From contig CACXKR010000012.1 of the NCBI GenBank assembly GCA_902768335.1, positions 4,870 to 68,869 of the forward strand: 64,000 bases of DNA. Direction: 5' to 3'. The position numbers and the translations under genes were made by a program. The notes beneath the pieces are model-generated. The model was given only the letters and a program-made list of their open reading frames with translations. It made no database searches and was not told where the DNA came from. Shown piece after piece: positions 30,064 to 39,271 of this stretch. How positions within the stretch are numbered: position 1 is the stretch's first letter; each line of letters starts with the position of its first letter. The stretch comes from an uncultured Erysipelotrichaceae bacterium (GTDB lineage: Bacteria; Bacillota_I; Bacilli_A; RFN20; CAG-826).

Positions 30064-30113
30064 TCTTCCTCCTAAGAAGAGGGTCGGACGTTCGAATCGT
30101 CTTGAGCGCGCCA
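30064..30113 (+). pseudogene. 5'-truncated tRNA-Arg (anticodon CCT) remnant: anticodon arm, variable loop, T arm, 3' acceptor strand and CCA
   Basis: TCTTC-CTCCTAA-GAAGA, GGGTC, GGACG-TTCGAAT-CGTCT, TGAGCGC-G-CCA. No complementary GCGCTCA 5' acceptor strand or D arm occurs in the 90 nt upstream. Confidence 0.75.
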
Positions 30114-30125
30114 CACGATTTATAA

Positions 30126-30147
30126 GCACTGCTAGGCAGTGTTTTTT
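30126..30147 (+). terminator. Terminator retained downstream of the tRNA-Arg remnant
   Basis: GCACTGCtagGCAGTGT followed by TTTTT. Confidence 0.65.
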
Positions 30148-30156
30148 AAAAGCTGT

Positions 30157-30185
30157 TTGACATTGTCATGACAGTGTAATACAAT
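30157..30185 (+). promoter_or_regulatory. Promoter with embedded palindromic operator for the DinJ-PIN operon
   Basis: TTGACA (30157-30162), 17-nt spacer, TACAAT (30180-30185). The spacer contains the palindrome TGTCATGACA within the imperfect 18-bp dyad ACATTGTCATGACAGTGT. Confidence 0.7.
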
Positions 30186-30207
30186 TGAAGAGGGATGGAT
30201 AAAAGGG

Positions 30208-30501
30208 ATGGCATTAATACAATTTCGTGTTGATGATGATTTGAAAAATCAAGCTACTGAAGTTTATGAAAAAATAGGTATTGATATTTCTACTGCTATG
30301 CGAATGTTTTTAAAAAAATGTGTTTCTGTTAATGGTATTCCATTTTCTTTACTCAACTCTGATACAGCTTATGTTGCTTCGAAAGGCGTCGATGCTCTTG
30401 AATCTATGCAAAAAGTTTCTAAAGCAAATGGTAATTCAAAGATGACCATTGATCAAATTAATGATGAGATTAGTCTTTCGAGGAAACTAAAAAATGAATG
30501 A
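30208..30501 (+). CDS. Type II antitoxin, RelB/DinJ family
   Basis: An N-terminal RHH-like IQFRVDDDLKNQATEVYEKIGIDISTAMRMFL is typical of DinJ. Overlaps the downstream PIN gene by 8 nt. Confidence 0.8.
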   Translation: MALIQFRVDDDLKNQATEVYEKIGIDISTAMRMFLKKCVSVNGIPFSLLNSDTAYVASKGVDALESMQKVSKANGNSKMTIDQINDEISLSRKLKNE

Positions 30502-30907
30502 GTTTTATGCTGTTATCGATACAAATGTGATCGTTTCTGCTTTTCTAAAAAGCGGTTCAATACCAGATAAAATATTAAGGCATGCATTGACTGGTTCAAT
30601 CATCCCTCTTTTGAATGACGAAATTATTGAAGAATATCGAGACGTTCTCTTAAGAAATCAATTTGGATTCGATAGAAAAACGATTGAAATCTTCATCAAT
30701 GAACTTTCTAAAAGAGGAATTTTTCTTGATCGTGAAAAAACGGATGAGGAATTTCTCGATTTGGATGATATTGTTTTTTATGAAATTGTATTGTCAGCAA
30801 GAAATGCTGTTTTTGCTTATTTAATCACCGGAAATAAGCGCCATTATCCGTTCAAACCTTTTGTTGTAACGCCTAGAGAAATGCTCAATATAATTGAACA
30901 CAATTAA
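30494..30907 (+). CDS. PIN-domain toxin (putative ribonuclease)
   Basis: An N-terminal AVIDTNVIVSAF acidic motif and a C-terminal ITGNKRHY are typical of the PIN toxin family. Confidence 0.8.
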   Translation: MNEFYAVIDTNVIVSAFLKSGSIPDKILRHALTGSIIPLLNDEIIEEYRDVLLRNQFGFDRKTIEIFINELSKRGIFLDREKTDEEFLDLDDIVFYEIVLSARNAVFAYLITGNKRHYPFKPFVVTPREMLNIIEHN

Positions 30908-30983
30908 AAAATGTGACTTTATATGCGAAAAACTAGTTTTCTTTTGCTATAATCATTTTGCATTTTATAGAAAGGAAACATTT

Positions 30984-31898
30984 ATGAATCTTATCGAAAC
31001 GAAGGATTTATGCAAAAAATATGGCGATAAATTAGTTATTGATCATGTTAATATGCATGTTCCTGAAAAAGCGATCTACGGTTTTGTTGGTGAAAATGGT
31101 AGTGGTAAAACCACTATTATGAGATTAGTCACTGGATTAGCAAATCCTACCAGTGGCGAATATTCACTTTTTGGTGTTGATTATAAAGACCGCAAAATTA
31201 ATGAAGCGAAAAAGCAAATTTCCGCTATTGTTGAAACAGTTTCTTTAGTACCTTCTTTAACTGCTAAGCAAAATATGATTTATCAAGAGTTATATCAAGG
31301 CATCAAACTTAGCGAAAAAGAAAGAGAGACTTTACTTAAGAAAGTTAGACTTTCTGATGTTGAAAATAAAAAAGTTAAAAATTATTCCCTTGGCATGAGA
31401 CAAAGACTTGGCATTGCTCTTGCATTAATGAGCAAACCAAAACTCATGTTTCTTGATGAACCAATGAATGGTTTAGACCCGGAAGGTATCGCCGAACTTA
31501 GAGACCTTCTCATCGAACTTAACCAAAAGGATGGAATCACAGTTTTAATTTCGTCTCACATCCTTTCCGAACTTGAAAAAATCGCAAGTTGCTATGGATT
31601 TATTTCTAAAGGAAAATTAATTGAGGAAATCAGCGCTGAAGAACTTCAAAAACGCTGCAAAAAATCATTAAATCTCAAAGTCGGAAATCTTGAAGCAGCA
31701 AAAGAAATCCTTGCAAATCTTGAATTAAAAGACGTAAATGTCTATCCAAATGGAGATATTAAAATCTTTGATGACATTAAGGTTAATAAAGTTGTTATGG
31801 CCTTTGATAAAGCAGGAGTGGAACTCTTAGGAATCCACACCTCTGAAGGTTCGGTCGAAGATTACTATTTAGACCTCGTGAAAGGAGTTGAACAATAA
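30984..31898 (+). CDS. ABC transporter ATP-binding protein (ABC-2 exporter type)
   Basis: Walker A GENGSGKTT, signature YSLGMRQR, Walker B LMFLDEP. ATG 30984 follows the extended -10 TGcTATAAT (30945-30953). Confidence 0.9.
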   Translation: MNLIETKDLCKKYGDKLVIDHVNMHVPEKAIYGFVGENGSGKTTIMRLVTGLANPTSGEYSLFGVDYKDRKINEAKKQISAIVETVSLVPSLTAKQNMIYQELYQGIKLSEKERETLLKKVRLSDVENKKVKNYSLGMRQRLGIALALMSKPKLMFLDEPMNGLDPEGIAELRDLLIELNQKDGITVLISSHILSELEKIASCYGFISKGKLIEEISAEELQKRCKKSLNLKVGNLEAAKEILANLELKDVNVYPNGDIKIFDDIKVNKVVMAFDKAGVELLGIHTSEGSVEDYYLDLVKGVEQ

Positions 31899-32800
31899 TG
31901 AAAAACTTATTTATTTCTTATTTATACAAACTCCGCCACGATTTAGCTTTTAAAATCACCTTAATTATCGGTGGTGGTCTAGCACTTTTCTTAACGCTAA
32001 TCTATTTCTTACTTTCAATGTTGATTAAGGTGAATATGCTCGATGGACCATCGATGCTCATTTCATCGTTATCTCCAGGAAGTAATTTTGGTTTAGCGGT
32101 TCCTATCAACCTTATCACTTTTACAGTTCTGGAATTCAATCATGGCTCAATTCGTAACAAGATTATTTCGGGCCATTCAAAAGCTAATGTTTATACATCA
32201 CTTTTCTTAAATGGACTTGTCTTTACATTTGCTTTAATGATTGTTTATACATTGCTCTGTTTTGGACTTGGCTCATTGTTCGGTGTGGTCACCAAGAATA
32301 TCCTTGAAGGAATGAAAAACGATGAAATCGTTAGAACTGGTTATAGTGAGATTATGCCAGAATCAATGTCTGTTTATGGTGGAATGTATATTTTCAAGAC
32401 AATTGTTCTTGCGGTGTTCTGCTATATTTCGATTGTTTCATTTACAATTTTCTTCTCAACCTTATTTAGAAATATTGGACCATCTATTCCAGTTGTTATT
32501 CTCGTGCTCGTATTCGCATCATCTCTTATTCCAATTGTCTTAATCATTGGTGATAGAAATGAAGGACTTATCTGGGCCTTTAGAATCATTGACCCATTAT
32601 TCTGTTTAGGTGCAGGCGAATCTGAAGTTGTTGGTCAAACGATCGTCATGTCACCTGATGGTATGCCAATCATTCAAGATATCACTGAACCAACCATCAC
32701 TAATGAAACATTTATTTCAGGCATTTGCTCTAACGTTTTCTATGCTGCTGCATTCTATCTTGGTGGTTTATTCATCTTCAAAAAGAGAGATGTGAAATAA
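31898..32800 (+). CDS. ABC-2 type transporter permease
   Basis: Six predicted TM segments. Start overlaps the ATPase stop (ATGA). Confidence 0.7.
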   Translation: MKNLFISYLYKLRHDLAFKITLIIGGGLALFLTLIYFLLSMLIKVNMLDGPSMLISSLSPGSNFGLAVPINLITFTVLEFNHGSIRNKIISGHSKANVYTSLFLNGLVFTFALMIVYTLLCFGLGSLFGVVTKNILEGMKNDEIVRTGYSEIMPESMSVYGGMYIFKTIVLAVFCYISIVSFTIFFSTLFRNIGPSIPVVILVLVFASSLIPIVLIIGDRNEGLIWAFRIIDPLFCLGAGESEVVGQTIVMSPDGMPIIQDITEPTITNETFISGICSNVFYAAAFYLGGLFIFKKRDVK

Positions 32801-32809
32801 AAAACCTTC

Positions 32810-32838
32810 TTGAAAAGAAATACATAAATGAGTAATAT
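32810..32838 (+). promoter_or_regulatory. tRNA-Ala promoter
   Basis: TTGAAA (32810-32815), 17-nt spacer, TAATAT (32833-32838). The tRNA begins 10 nt downstream. Confidence 0.65.
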
Positions 32839-32848
32839 ATAACTCGCT

Positions 32849-32924
32849 GGGCCTGTAGCTCACCTGGGAGAGCGCCTCCATGGCATGGAGGAGGTAGCCG
32901 GTTCGATCCCGGTCAGGTCCACCA
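32849..32924 (+). tRNA. tRNA-Ala (anticodon GGC), CCA encoded
   Basis: Acceptor GGGCCTG/CAGGTCC with the G3:U70 identity pair. Anticodon arm CCTCC-ATGGCAT-GGAGG. Confidence 0.9.
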
Positions 32925-32937
32925 GTTATAGAAAATA

Positions 32938-32965
32938 ACCTCTGTCAAATTGATAGAGGTTTTAA
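32938..32965 (+). terminator. tRNA-Ala terminator
   Basis: ACCTCTgtcaaattgatAGAGGT followed by TTT. Confidence 0.65.
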
Positions 32966-33064
32966 TTTTATAAGCATATAATTAAGTATTTCTTTTAATT
33001 ACTTTCTAAAACGATTACAATAAGCTCAAGATATTTAATATCTATTTCCTATTAAGACATATTT

Positions 33065-36000
33065 ATGAAGAAGTTAATCGCAGGTATAGTCTTCACCATC
33101 TCATTGTCTTTTTCTTTTTTGTTACCAATTAATAAACAAAAAGGAGTGGAAATTGATAATCCAGAACTCGCTAAACCAGGCATGGTTGCCTACGCTGCTA
33201 GCTATGCTATTGACCCGACAAATGAACCTAAATATTCAACTCAAAATTCAAAGACATTTCAGTATCTTAATCTTGGACACACTTTAGAACATTATCGTGG
33301 TGATTCCGTCAAAGTCGGCATCATCGATTCTGGTATCAACTATGATCATGAAGACTTTTTGGTAAGCGGATCTAGAAAAGTTAAAGGCGATTCAAAATAT
33401 TATGCATATCAATCTTCTTCCTGGGTTCCTTACAAAGCATCTCAACATGGTTATTCATACATCAACGATACTTTAGGCCACGGCACAAATGTTGCTGCGA
33501 CAGTTGCTGCTGCGATAAATAGCGTTGGCGGAACAGGTCTAGCGCCAAATGTTGAACTATATGTTTACAAAGTAACCAACACAAGCAATGGTTATGAATT
33601 TGGGGCGATTCAAAATGCTTTAATGGATGCTAAAACCCTTGGTCTTGATGTAATCAACATGTCGTTCCAAAGTTATGAACACGCTGTTAGTTATAATGGT
33701 TCATCCATGGGCGCATCCTCTGGCTGCTCAACTATTCTTTCTTATTATTTAAATCAAGCCTATAATGCTGGTATCACCCTTGTGGGTGCGGCAGGAAACT
33801 ACAACACTAATGAGCCATCTTATCCTGGATCAAATAATCACGTTATCAATGTTGGCTCTTTAAATCAAACCGGTACCGATAAGGCTGGGTTTTCTAACTT
33901 TGGAAGCACAATCGATTTAGTCGCTCCAGGTTATGTTCATATCGCAGATAAAGGAACCAGTTCCTCATATAAAGACACATCTGGAACTTCGTTTTCTGCG
34001 CCTCTAGTAACTGCTGCGATTGCTTTATATAAACAACAAAATCCAAACGCAACTCCATCACAAATTGAATCAGCACTTTATGCAAGCTGTGATCCAATTG
34101 ACAGTGGATCTACATATTCTAACTGGGCTGGTAATGGCGCACTTAATGTCGCTAAGTTTTTAGGAGTTGAAGGTGAAAACTGTCCGACTGACATCGTCAT
34201 CAATAATCCTGAAATAGTTAATGAAGAATTAGAACTAGAAGTTGGTGATTATCTAGATTTAAATTGGACCGTTAACGGAAACGGAACATTTGATGATTCT
34301 GTTACTTTTTCTACGTATTCTGGAAATAACAATGTTGTTTCCATTAATTCTAGTGGAAGAATAACCGCTGTTGGCGAAGGCGAAGATATTGTTACAATCG
34401 AATCTAATGCTGATTCTAGTGTCACCGCTGATGTTTATGTAACTGTTACTTCTTCAAGTTCAACTCCAACGGTTTCATCTGTCACAGTTTCTCCAGCCTC
34501 TTTAAGTCTTGACTTAAACGGCACCACAACAGGTAATTTAAGTGCAACCGTAAATGGAGATAATAATCCATCTCAAGTAGTTTCTTGGGGTAGTTCAAAT
34601 ACAAGTATTGCCACTGTTTCGGCTTCGGGTGTTGTCACCGCTAAAGCAGTTGGCACAGCGACCATAACCGCAACTTCACAGCAAGATTCAACAAAATCTG
34701 GAAGTTGTACAGTGACTGTTACCGATAGCACTCCTCAGCCAGGGCCAACCGATTCAACTCAATATTCTTTGATTACTAGCACCGACGATTTGCAAGCCGG
34801 CAAGAGTTATTTAATTACCAATGGCACTAGTGAAACCGTGAAAACTATGTCTTCTTCAAGCAATACCAATAATAGACCGACAGTCAACGCCACGGTTTCA
34901 AGTAGCAAAATAACTAGAGGGTCTTCTGTTTTAAGTGTTACATTAGGTGGTTCATCTGGTGCATGGACGTTTGCAACCGATAATTACGCTGGAACAGCAG
35001 GTTATCTAAATGCCACTAGCACGACTGGCAGTAACTATCTTCAAGTAGTGTCATCACTTGATAAATATGCTTATTTCACCATTTCATTTTCTAATAACCA
35101 AGCGGTAATAACGTGTACTGGAAAGTCATCGAGAAACATAATTAGGTGTAATTCGAGTGGTACCCCAATTGCTTGTTATTCATCCGGACAAAATCCGGTT
35201 TATCTTTGGAAAGAAATTACTACTAAGACTCTTTCGAGTATCTCGGTAAATACCGCACCTACAAAAACAACATATGAAGCTGGCGATTATTTTGATCCAA
35301 CCGGACTTGTAATTACAAGAACTTATAGCGATAAAACTTCTGACACATATTCATATGCAAATCACACTAGTGAATTTGCTTTTAATCCAACAACATCAAT
35401 TGCATTAACTACAAGCCACACAAGTGTGACAATCACCTATGGTGGTAAGTCTACTTCTCAAGCAATTACAGTAAGTGCTGCAAAAACACTTTCTTCTATT
35501 ACAATCAGCGACTATAAAACCACGTTTGTTGAAGGAGACACGTTCTCATTTGATGGAACTGTAACCGCTCATTATTCAGACTCTTCTAGCGCTGACGTCA
35601 CTTCATCATCAACTTTTACTGGTTATAGCATGGCAAATGTCGGTAACCAAACAGTGACTGTTAGTTATACTCATAAAGGCGCAACGAAAACTCAAACATA
35701 TGAAATCACTATAAGTGCCGGAACACTTTCATCAATTTCGGTCAGTGGAATGACTACTGAATATGTGAAAAATGCTTCATTCACATTTGATGGAACTTGT
35801 ACTGCAACATTTGAAAACGGTTATCAAAAAACAGTTACTCCAACAAGCGTTTCATCTCCTGATATGACAACTGGCGGGAACAAAACTGTAACTGTTAGTT
35901 ACACATATAACGGAAAGACTGTAACAACCAACTATTCAATTACAGTTAACGCATATAGAACAGTTATGGAAAATGTGGTAAGTACAATTGGAACTGTTAA

Positions 36001-36748
36001 TTACTCGACAAATTCAGAAGTAATTACTGGTCCAGGAATTACTACAAGCAATAAAAGTACTGCGACGATAGAGAGTAATGCAATTAAACTAGGTAGTGGT
36101 AATTATGCCGGATCGTTTAAAGTCAATTACACTTCTGCCAGCATTTGTAAAGTAACGCTTTATGCGAAATCATACGGTAGTGATTCTGGAGTCACCTTGA
36201 GTGTAAACGGAATATCAAAGCCTTTAACTACTTCATACGCGACATATGAGTATGAGATTGCTGAACCGGTATCGTCTATTACAATTGCCACTTCAGCAAA
36301 GAATAAGAGAGCTTACATTCAAGTCGTAACCTTGTATTCAGAATCACTTCAAGACATCGGTCAAAGTGAAGATTGCAAAGGCCTAGAAACATTTATCAAT
36401 AACTATATGCATATGGATTACACCGAAAACCTCGGTTATTGTAGCGATTCAACTCACCATTACTATGCGACCGCCAAAGCAGCATTCAATGTTTTAAACG
36501 ATCATCAAAGAAAATTATTTACGACAAATTCTGCTTATTTAGTGGAGTGGACTAGATTATCGACTTGGGCTTCTAAAAACGGCGATAATCTCAATTCATC
36601 AAATCAGTTAGAAATTGCGGTAAAACCAGTAAATATTATCGCTTCAGGCTTTAATTCAGACATTGTTATTATCTTAGTAATAGGCACGCTTATTTCGCTT
36701 ACAGTTATAGGCGGATACTTACTTTTAAGAAAACGAAGAGAAGAATAG
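33065..36748 (+). CDS. Membrane-anchored subtilisin-like (S8) serine protease with Ig-like repeat domains
   Basis: Signal peptide. Catalytic triad motifs VGIIDSGI (Asp), HGTNVAATVA (His), SGTSFSAPLV (Ser). Big_2-like segments (VSWGSSNTSIATVSASGVVTAKAVGTATITA). Four repeats of about 80 aa of the YEAGDYFDPTGLVIT type. C-terminal TM helix plus RKRREE. Confidence 0.85.
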   Translation: MKKLIAGIVFTISLSFSFLLPINKQKGVEIDNPELAKPGMVAYAASYAIDPTNEPKYSTQNSKTFQYLNLGHTLEHYRGDSVKVGIIDSGINYDHEDFLVSGSRKVKGDSKYYAYQSSSWVPYKASQHGYSYINDTLGHGTNVAATVAAAINSVGGTGLAPNVELYVYKVTNTSNGYEFGAIQNALMDAKTLGLDVINMSFQSYEHAVSYNGSSMGASSGCSTILSYYLNQAYNAGITLVGAAGNYNTNEPSYPGSNNHVINVGSLNQTGTDKAGFSNFGSTIDLVAPGYVHIADKGTSSSYKDTSGTSFSAPLVTAAIALYKQQNPNATPSQIESALYASCDPIDSGSTYSNWAGNGALNVAKFLGVEGENCPTDIVINNPEIVNEELELEVGDYLDLNWTVNGNGTFDDSVTFSTYSGNNNVVSINSSGRITAVGEGEDIVTIESNADSSVTADVYVTVTSSSSTPTVSSVTVSPASLSLDLNGTTTGNLSATVNGDNNPSQVVSWGSSNTSIATVSASGVVTAKAVGTATITATSQQDSTKSGSCTVTVTDSTPQPGPTDSTQYSLITSTDDLQAGKSYLITNGTSETVKTMSSSSNTNNRPTVNATVSSSKITRGSSVLSVTLGGSSGAWTFATDNYAGTAGYLNATSTTGSNYLQVVSSLDKYAYFTISFSNNQAVITCTGKSSRNIIRCNSSGTPIACYSSGQNPVYLWKEITTKTLSSISVNTAPTKTTYEAGDYFDPTGLVITRTYSDKTSDTYSYANHTSEFAFNPTTSIALTTSHTSVTITYGGKSTSQAITVSAAKTLSSITISDYKTTFVEGDTFSFDGTVTAHYSDSSSADVTSSSTFTGYSMANVGNQTVTVSYTHKGATKTQTYEITISAGTLSSISVSGMTTEYVKNASFTFDGTCTATFENGYQKTVTPTSVSSPDMTTGGNKTVTVSYTYNGKTVTTNYSITVNAYRTVMENVVSTIGTVNYSTNSEVITGPGITTSNKSTATIESNAIKLGSGNYAGSFKVNYTSASICKVTLYAKSYGSDSGVTLSVNGISKPLTTSYATYEYEIAEPVSSITIATSAKNKRAYIQVVTLYSESLQDIGQSEDCKGLETFINNYMHMDYTENLGYCSDSTHHYYATAKAAFNVLNDHQRKLFTTNSAYLVEWTRLSTWASKNGDNLNSSNQLEIAVKPVNIIASGFNSDIVIILVIGTLISLTVIGGYLLLRKRREE

Positions 36749-36860
36749 TTTGAGAATAGATTTTTAAGAAATGGGTTATGAGAATATCTATGCCCTTTTT
36801 ATTTTGGCTTAGATTTTTTGTTTAAAAATATCTAATTATGTAATAACATATAATAGATTT

Positions 36861-38156
36861 ATGATTGCTAAAACAAGACATATTGAAGATACAAAGAAAT
36901 TGCTTGGTTCGTTGCCTGCAGTCAGATACGTTGATCCTGAATACGTTTATCTTCCAATTACTAATGCTAGATGCGCCAAAGGTGATCTTTTCATTAAGGA
37001 AGGTGACCACGTTGATACATGCCAATTGATTGGAATGAGACATGGTCCATTTTTTGAACAACCAATCCATGCGACTTGCTCAGGAACATTTGTTGGAATT
37101 GAAAAGCATTATCATCGTAATGGCAAACTCGTTGATTTTGTAAAGATTAAAAACGACTTCAAAGATACTTTCGATAAATCCGCTAAAAAAAGAACTCCAG
37201 AAGAAATCGCTAAATTAACCAAGGATGATTTCACTGAAATAGTTAAGAATTGCGCGCTTGTTGGTTTAGGAGGATCATCTTTCCCAACTTATGTTAAGTT
37301 TCAAACCGATAAGAAGATCGATACGATTTTAATTAACGCTATCGAATGTGAACCATATATTACTGCAGACCATCGTTTGATGCTCGAATATCCTTATCGA
37401 GTTATAAATGGTATTCAATATGCAATGCAAGCCTTTAATTGCAAGAAAGCATATATTTGCATCAAATCAAAATATAAAGACCTGAAAGAGGTCTACTCTC
37501 AACTACTAAAAGAAGTTGAAGGAATTGAACTTTGCTGTGTTGGTAACTACTATCCACAAGGATGGGAAGTTGAGATGATTAAAAGCGCAACCGGCATTCA
37601 ACTTAATCCAGGTGAACTTCCATCTAATCGTGGAATCATCGATTTCAATGTTTCAACAATCGTCGGTTTATATAAAGCCGTTAAATATAACATTCCAGTT
37701 ATTAAACGTTTTATTTCCATCACTGGTGATGGCATTAATTACCCAAAGAACTTTAGAGTTAGAGTGGGAACCTCGATTAAAGATCTAATTCCTTTAGTGG
37801 ATGGCTATAAAAATCCTGATAAAGAAAAAGTCTTTATTTTAGGTGGCCCTATGATGGGTGCATCAGTTCCAAGTGATGACTGCATCATTACAAAAACAGT
37901 TACTTCTATTCTTGTCTTTGACAAGCATGACGAAAAAGAAGAACCATGTGTTAGATGTGGTAGCTGTGTTTTATCTTGCCCAGTTCATCTTGAACCAGTC
38001 CAAATCATGAACGCAGTTAAAGCTGCTGATAAAGAAAGAATTAAAAAACTTAATCCTCTTAAATGCATTGAATGCGGCTTATGTGCTTATTCTTGCACTT
38101 CAAAGATTCAAGTTACCGATTATATTAGAAAGGCGAAGATTTTTGCGAAGCTATGA
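36861..38156 (+). CDS. rnfC: Rnf electron transport complex subunit C
   Basis: RnfC N-terminal barrel, NADH/FMN-binding GLGGSSFPT, and two 4Fe-4S motifs CVRCGSCVLSCP and CIECGLCAYSC. TATAAT (36849-36854) lies 6 nt before the ATG. Confidence 0.88.
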   Translation: MIAKTRHIEDTKKLLGSLPAVRYVDPEYVYLPITNARCAKGDLFIKEGDHVDTCQLIGMRHGPFFEQPIHATCSGTFVGIEKHYHRNGKLVDFVKIKNDFKDTFDKSAKKRTPEEIAKLTKDDFTEIVKNCALVGLGGSSFPTYVKFQTDKKIDTILINAIECEPYITADHRLMLEYPYRVINGIQYAMQAFNCKKAYICIKSKYKDLKEVYSQLLKEVEGIELCCVGNYYPQGWEVEMIKSATGIQLNPGELPSNRGIIDFNVSTIVGLYKAVKYNIPVIKRFISITGDGINYPKNFRVRVGTSIKDLIPLVDGYKNPDKEKVFILGGPMMGASVPSDDCIITKTVTSILVFDKHDEKEEPCVRCGSCVLSCPVHLEPVQIMNAVKAADKERIKKLNPLKCIECGLCAYSCTSKIQVTDYIRKAKIFAKL

Positions 38157-39271
38157 CAATAGTTAAAGAGAGCGCTCCACATTTAAGAAGAAAAGCCTCC
38201 GTCACAAGAATGATGGTGGATGTTTTAATCGCGCTATTCCCAACGCTAGTCTTTTCCTTTGTTGCTTATCCAATCAACACATTAATTTTCTATCTAACAT
38301 CTTTAGCGATTATGATTGGGGCAGAATTCATCTATGTTGGTTTAAGAGGCATTCTCCCTAAGGATGGACAAAAACACACCTTTAAAGAATGGTTTAATCA
38401 TGCCTATAAAGGAAAATATGATCAAAACAATATTTTAGCTCCTGCTATTACGGCTATTATATACACGCTCATTATGCCAGCTGGTGCGCCTATATACGCA
38501 TTCATCGTAGGTGCTATTGTCGGTATCGTATTTGGTAAACTTGTCTTCGGTGGACTTGGAAGCAACATCTTTAACCCTGCAGCAGTAGGTATGCTTTTTG
38601 CAAAGATTTGCTTTGGTTCACAATATCAACAAGTTTCAACTTGGTATTACACAATTCCTGATACTGTTTCGGGTGCCACACCTTTAGGTGTCATAAATGG
38701 TGGAATGCATGCTTCAATTGGAGATTATCAATTATTTGATCTCTTCTTTGGAAGAATACCAGGAACATTAGGTGAAGTTTATAAAATAACAATCATCATT
38801 GGCCTTGTTTATCTTCTTATTAGAAGAAGTGCTGATTATCGTATCGTCGTTTCTTATCTTGGCACATTCTCAATTTTAATGCTCATCGCTGGTTTATCCG
38901 TTATGGGACTTGGGACTGGAATTAATCCTTTTATGTTCCTACTTTATAACTTATTAAGCGGTGGTGTTTTGTTCGGCGCAGCATTTATGTTAACCGATCC
39001 AGTTACTTCACCAATCAACCCCCCATCTCGTTGGATTTATGGTATGGTCGCAGCTGTCGCTACAGTGTTAATTAGATTATTCGCAGCTTTGCCAGAAGGT
39101 GTTGGTTTCTCAATTCTAATCGCCAATATGGTGGCCTGTGTCTTAGATCACTATGAATGGTCATCATCAAGATATACTTGGAAGAAGTTCTTAACAATGG
39201 GTCTACTAATTGTGATTCCAGCGTTAATCGTTTTCTTAGCAATTTTCTATGGAGGTACATATAATGGCTAA
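38153..39271 (+). CDS. rnfD: Rnf complex subunit D
   Basis: Polytopic NqrB/RnfD family protein with the FMN attachment motif TVSGATPLG. Confidence 0.88.
   Translation: MTIVKESAPHLRRKASVTRMMVDVLIALFPTLVFSFVAYPINTLIFYLTSLAIMIGAEFIYVGLRGILPKDGQKHTFKEWFNHAYKGKYDQNNILAPAITAIIYTLIMPAGAPIYAFIVGAIVGIVFGKLVFGGLGSNIFNPAAVGMLFAKICFGSQYQQVSTWYYTIPDTVSGATPLGVINGGMHASIGDYQLFDLFFGRIPGTLGEVYKITIIIGLVYLLIRRSADYRIVVSYLGTFSILMLIAGLSVMGLGTGINPFMFLLYNLLSGGVLFGAAFMLTDPVTSPINPPSRWIYGMVAAVATVLIRLFAALPEGVGFSILIANMVACVLDHYEWSSSRYTWKKFLTMGLLIVIPALIVFLAIFYGGTYNG

Noticed and set aside
33029-33043. Palindrome AGATATttaATATCT upstream of the S8 protease gene as an operator.
   Set aside because: It is a short, purely AT-rich dyad in an AT-rich intergenic region. 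The chance expectation is high and there is no second copy or partner regulator, so it is not reported as a feature.
35220-35960. Periodicity of about 240 nt within the protease gene as possible DNA-level repeat elements.
   Set aside because: The copies are diverged at the nucleotide level and correspond to tandem Ig-like protein domains. They are not a separate genetic element.
36822-37070. 82-aa minus-strand ORF across the rnfC start. Short + ORFs nested in other frames (3322-3591, 4032-4277, 5406-5627, 32322-32543, 39439-39654) were also considered.
   Set aside because: They overlap well-supported genes out of frame, lack ribosome-binding sites, and give low-complexity translations.
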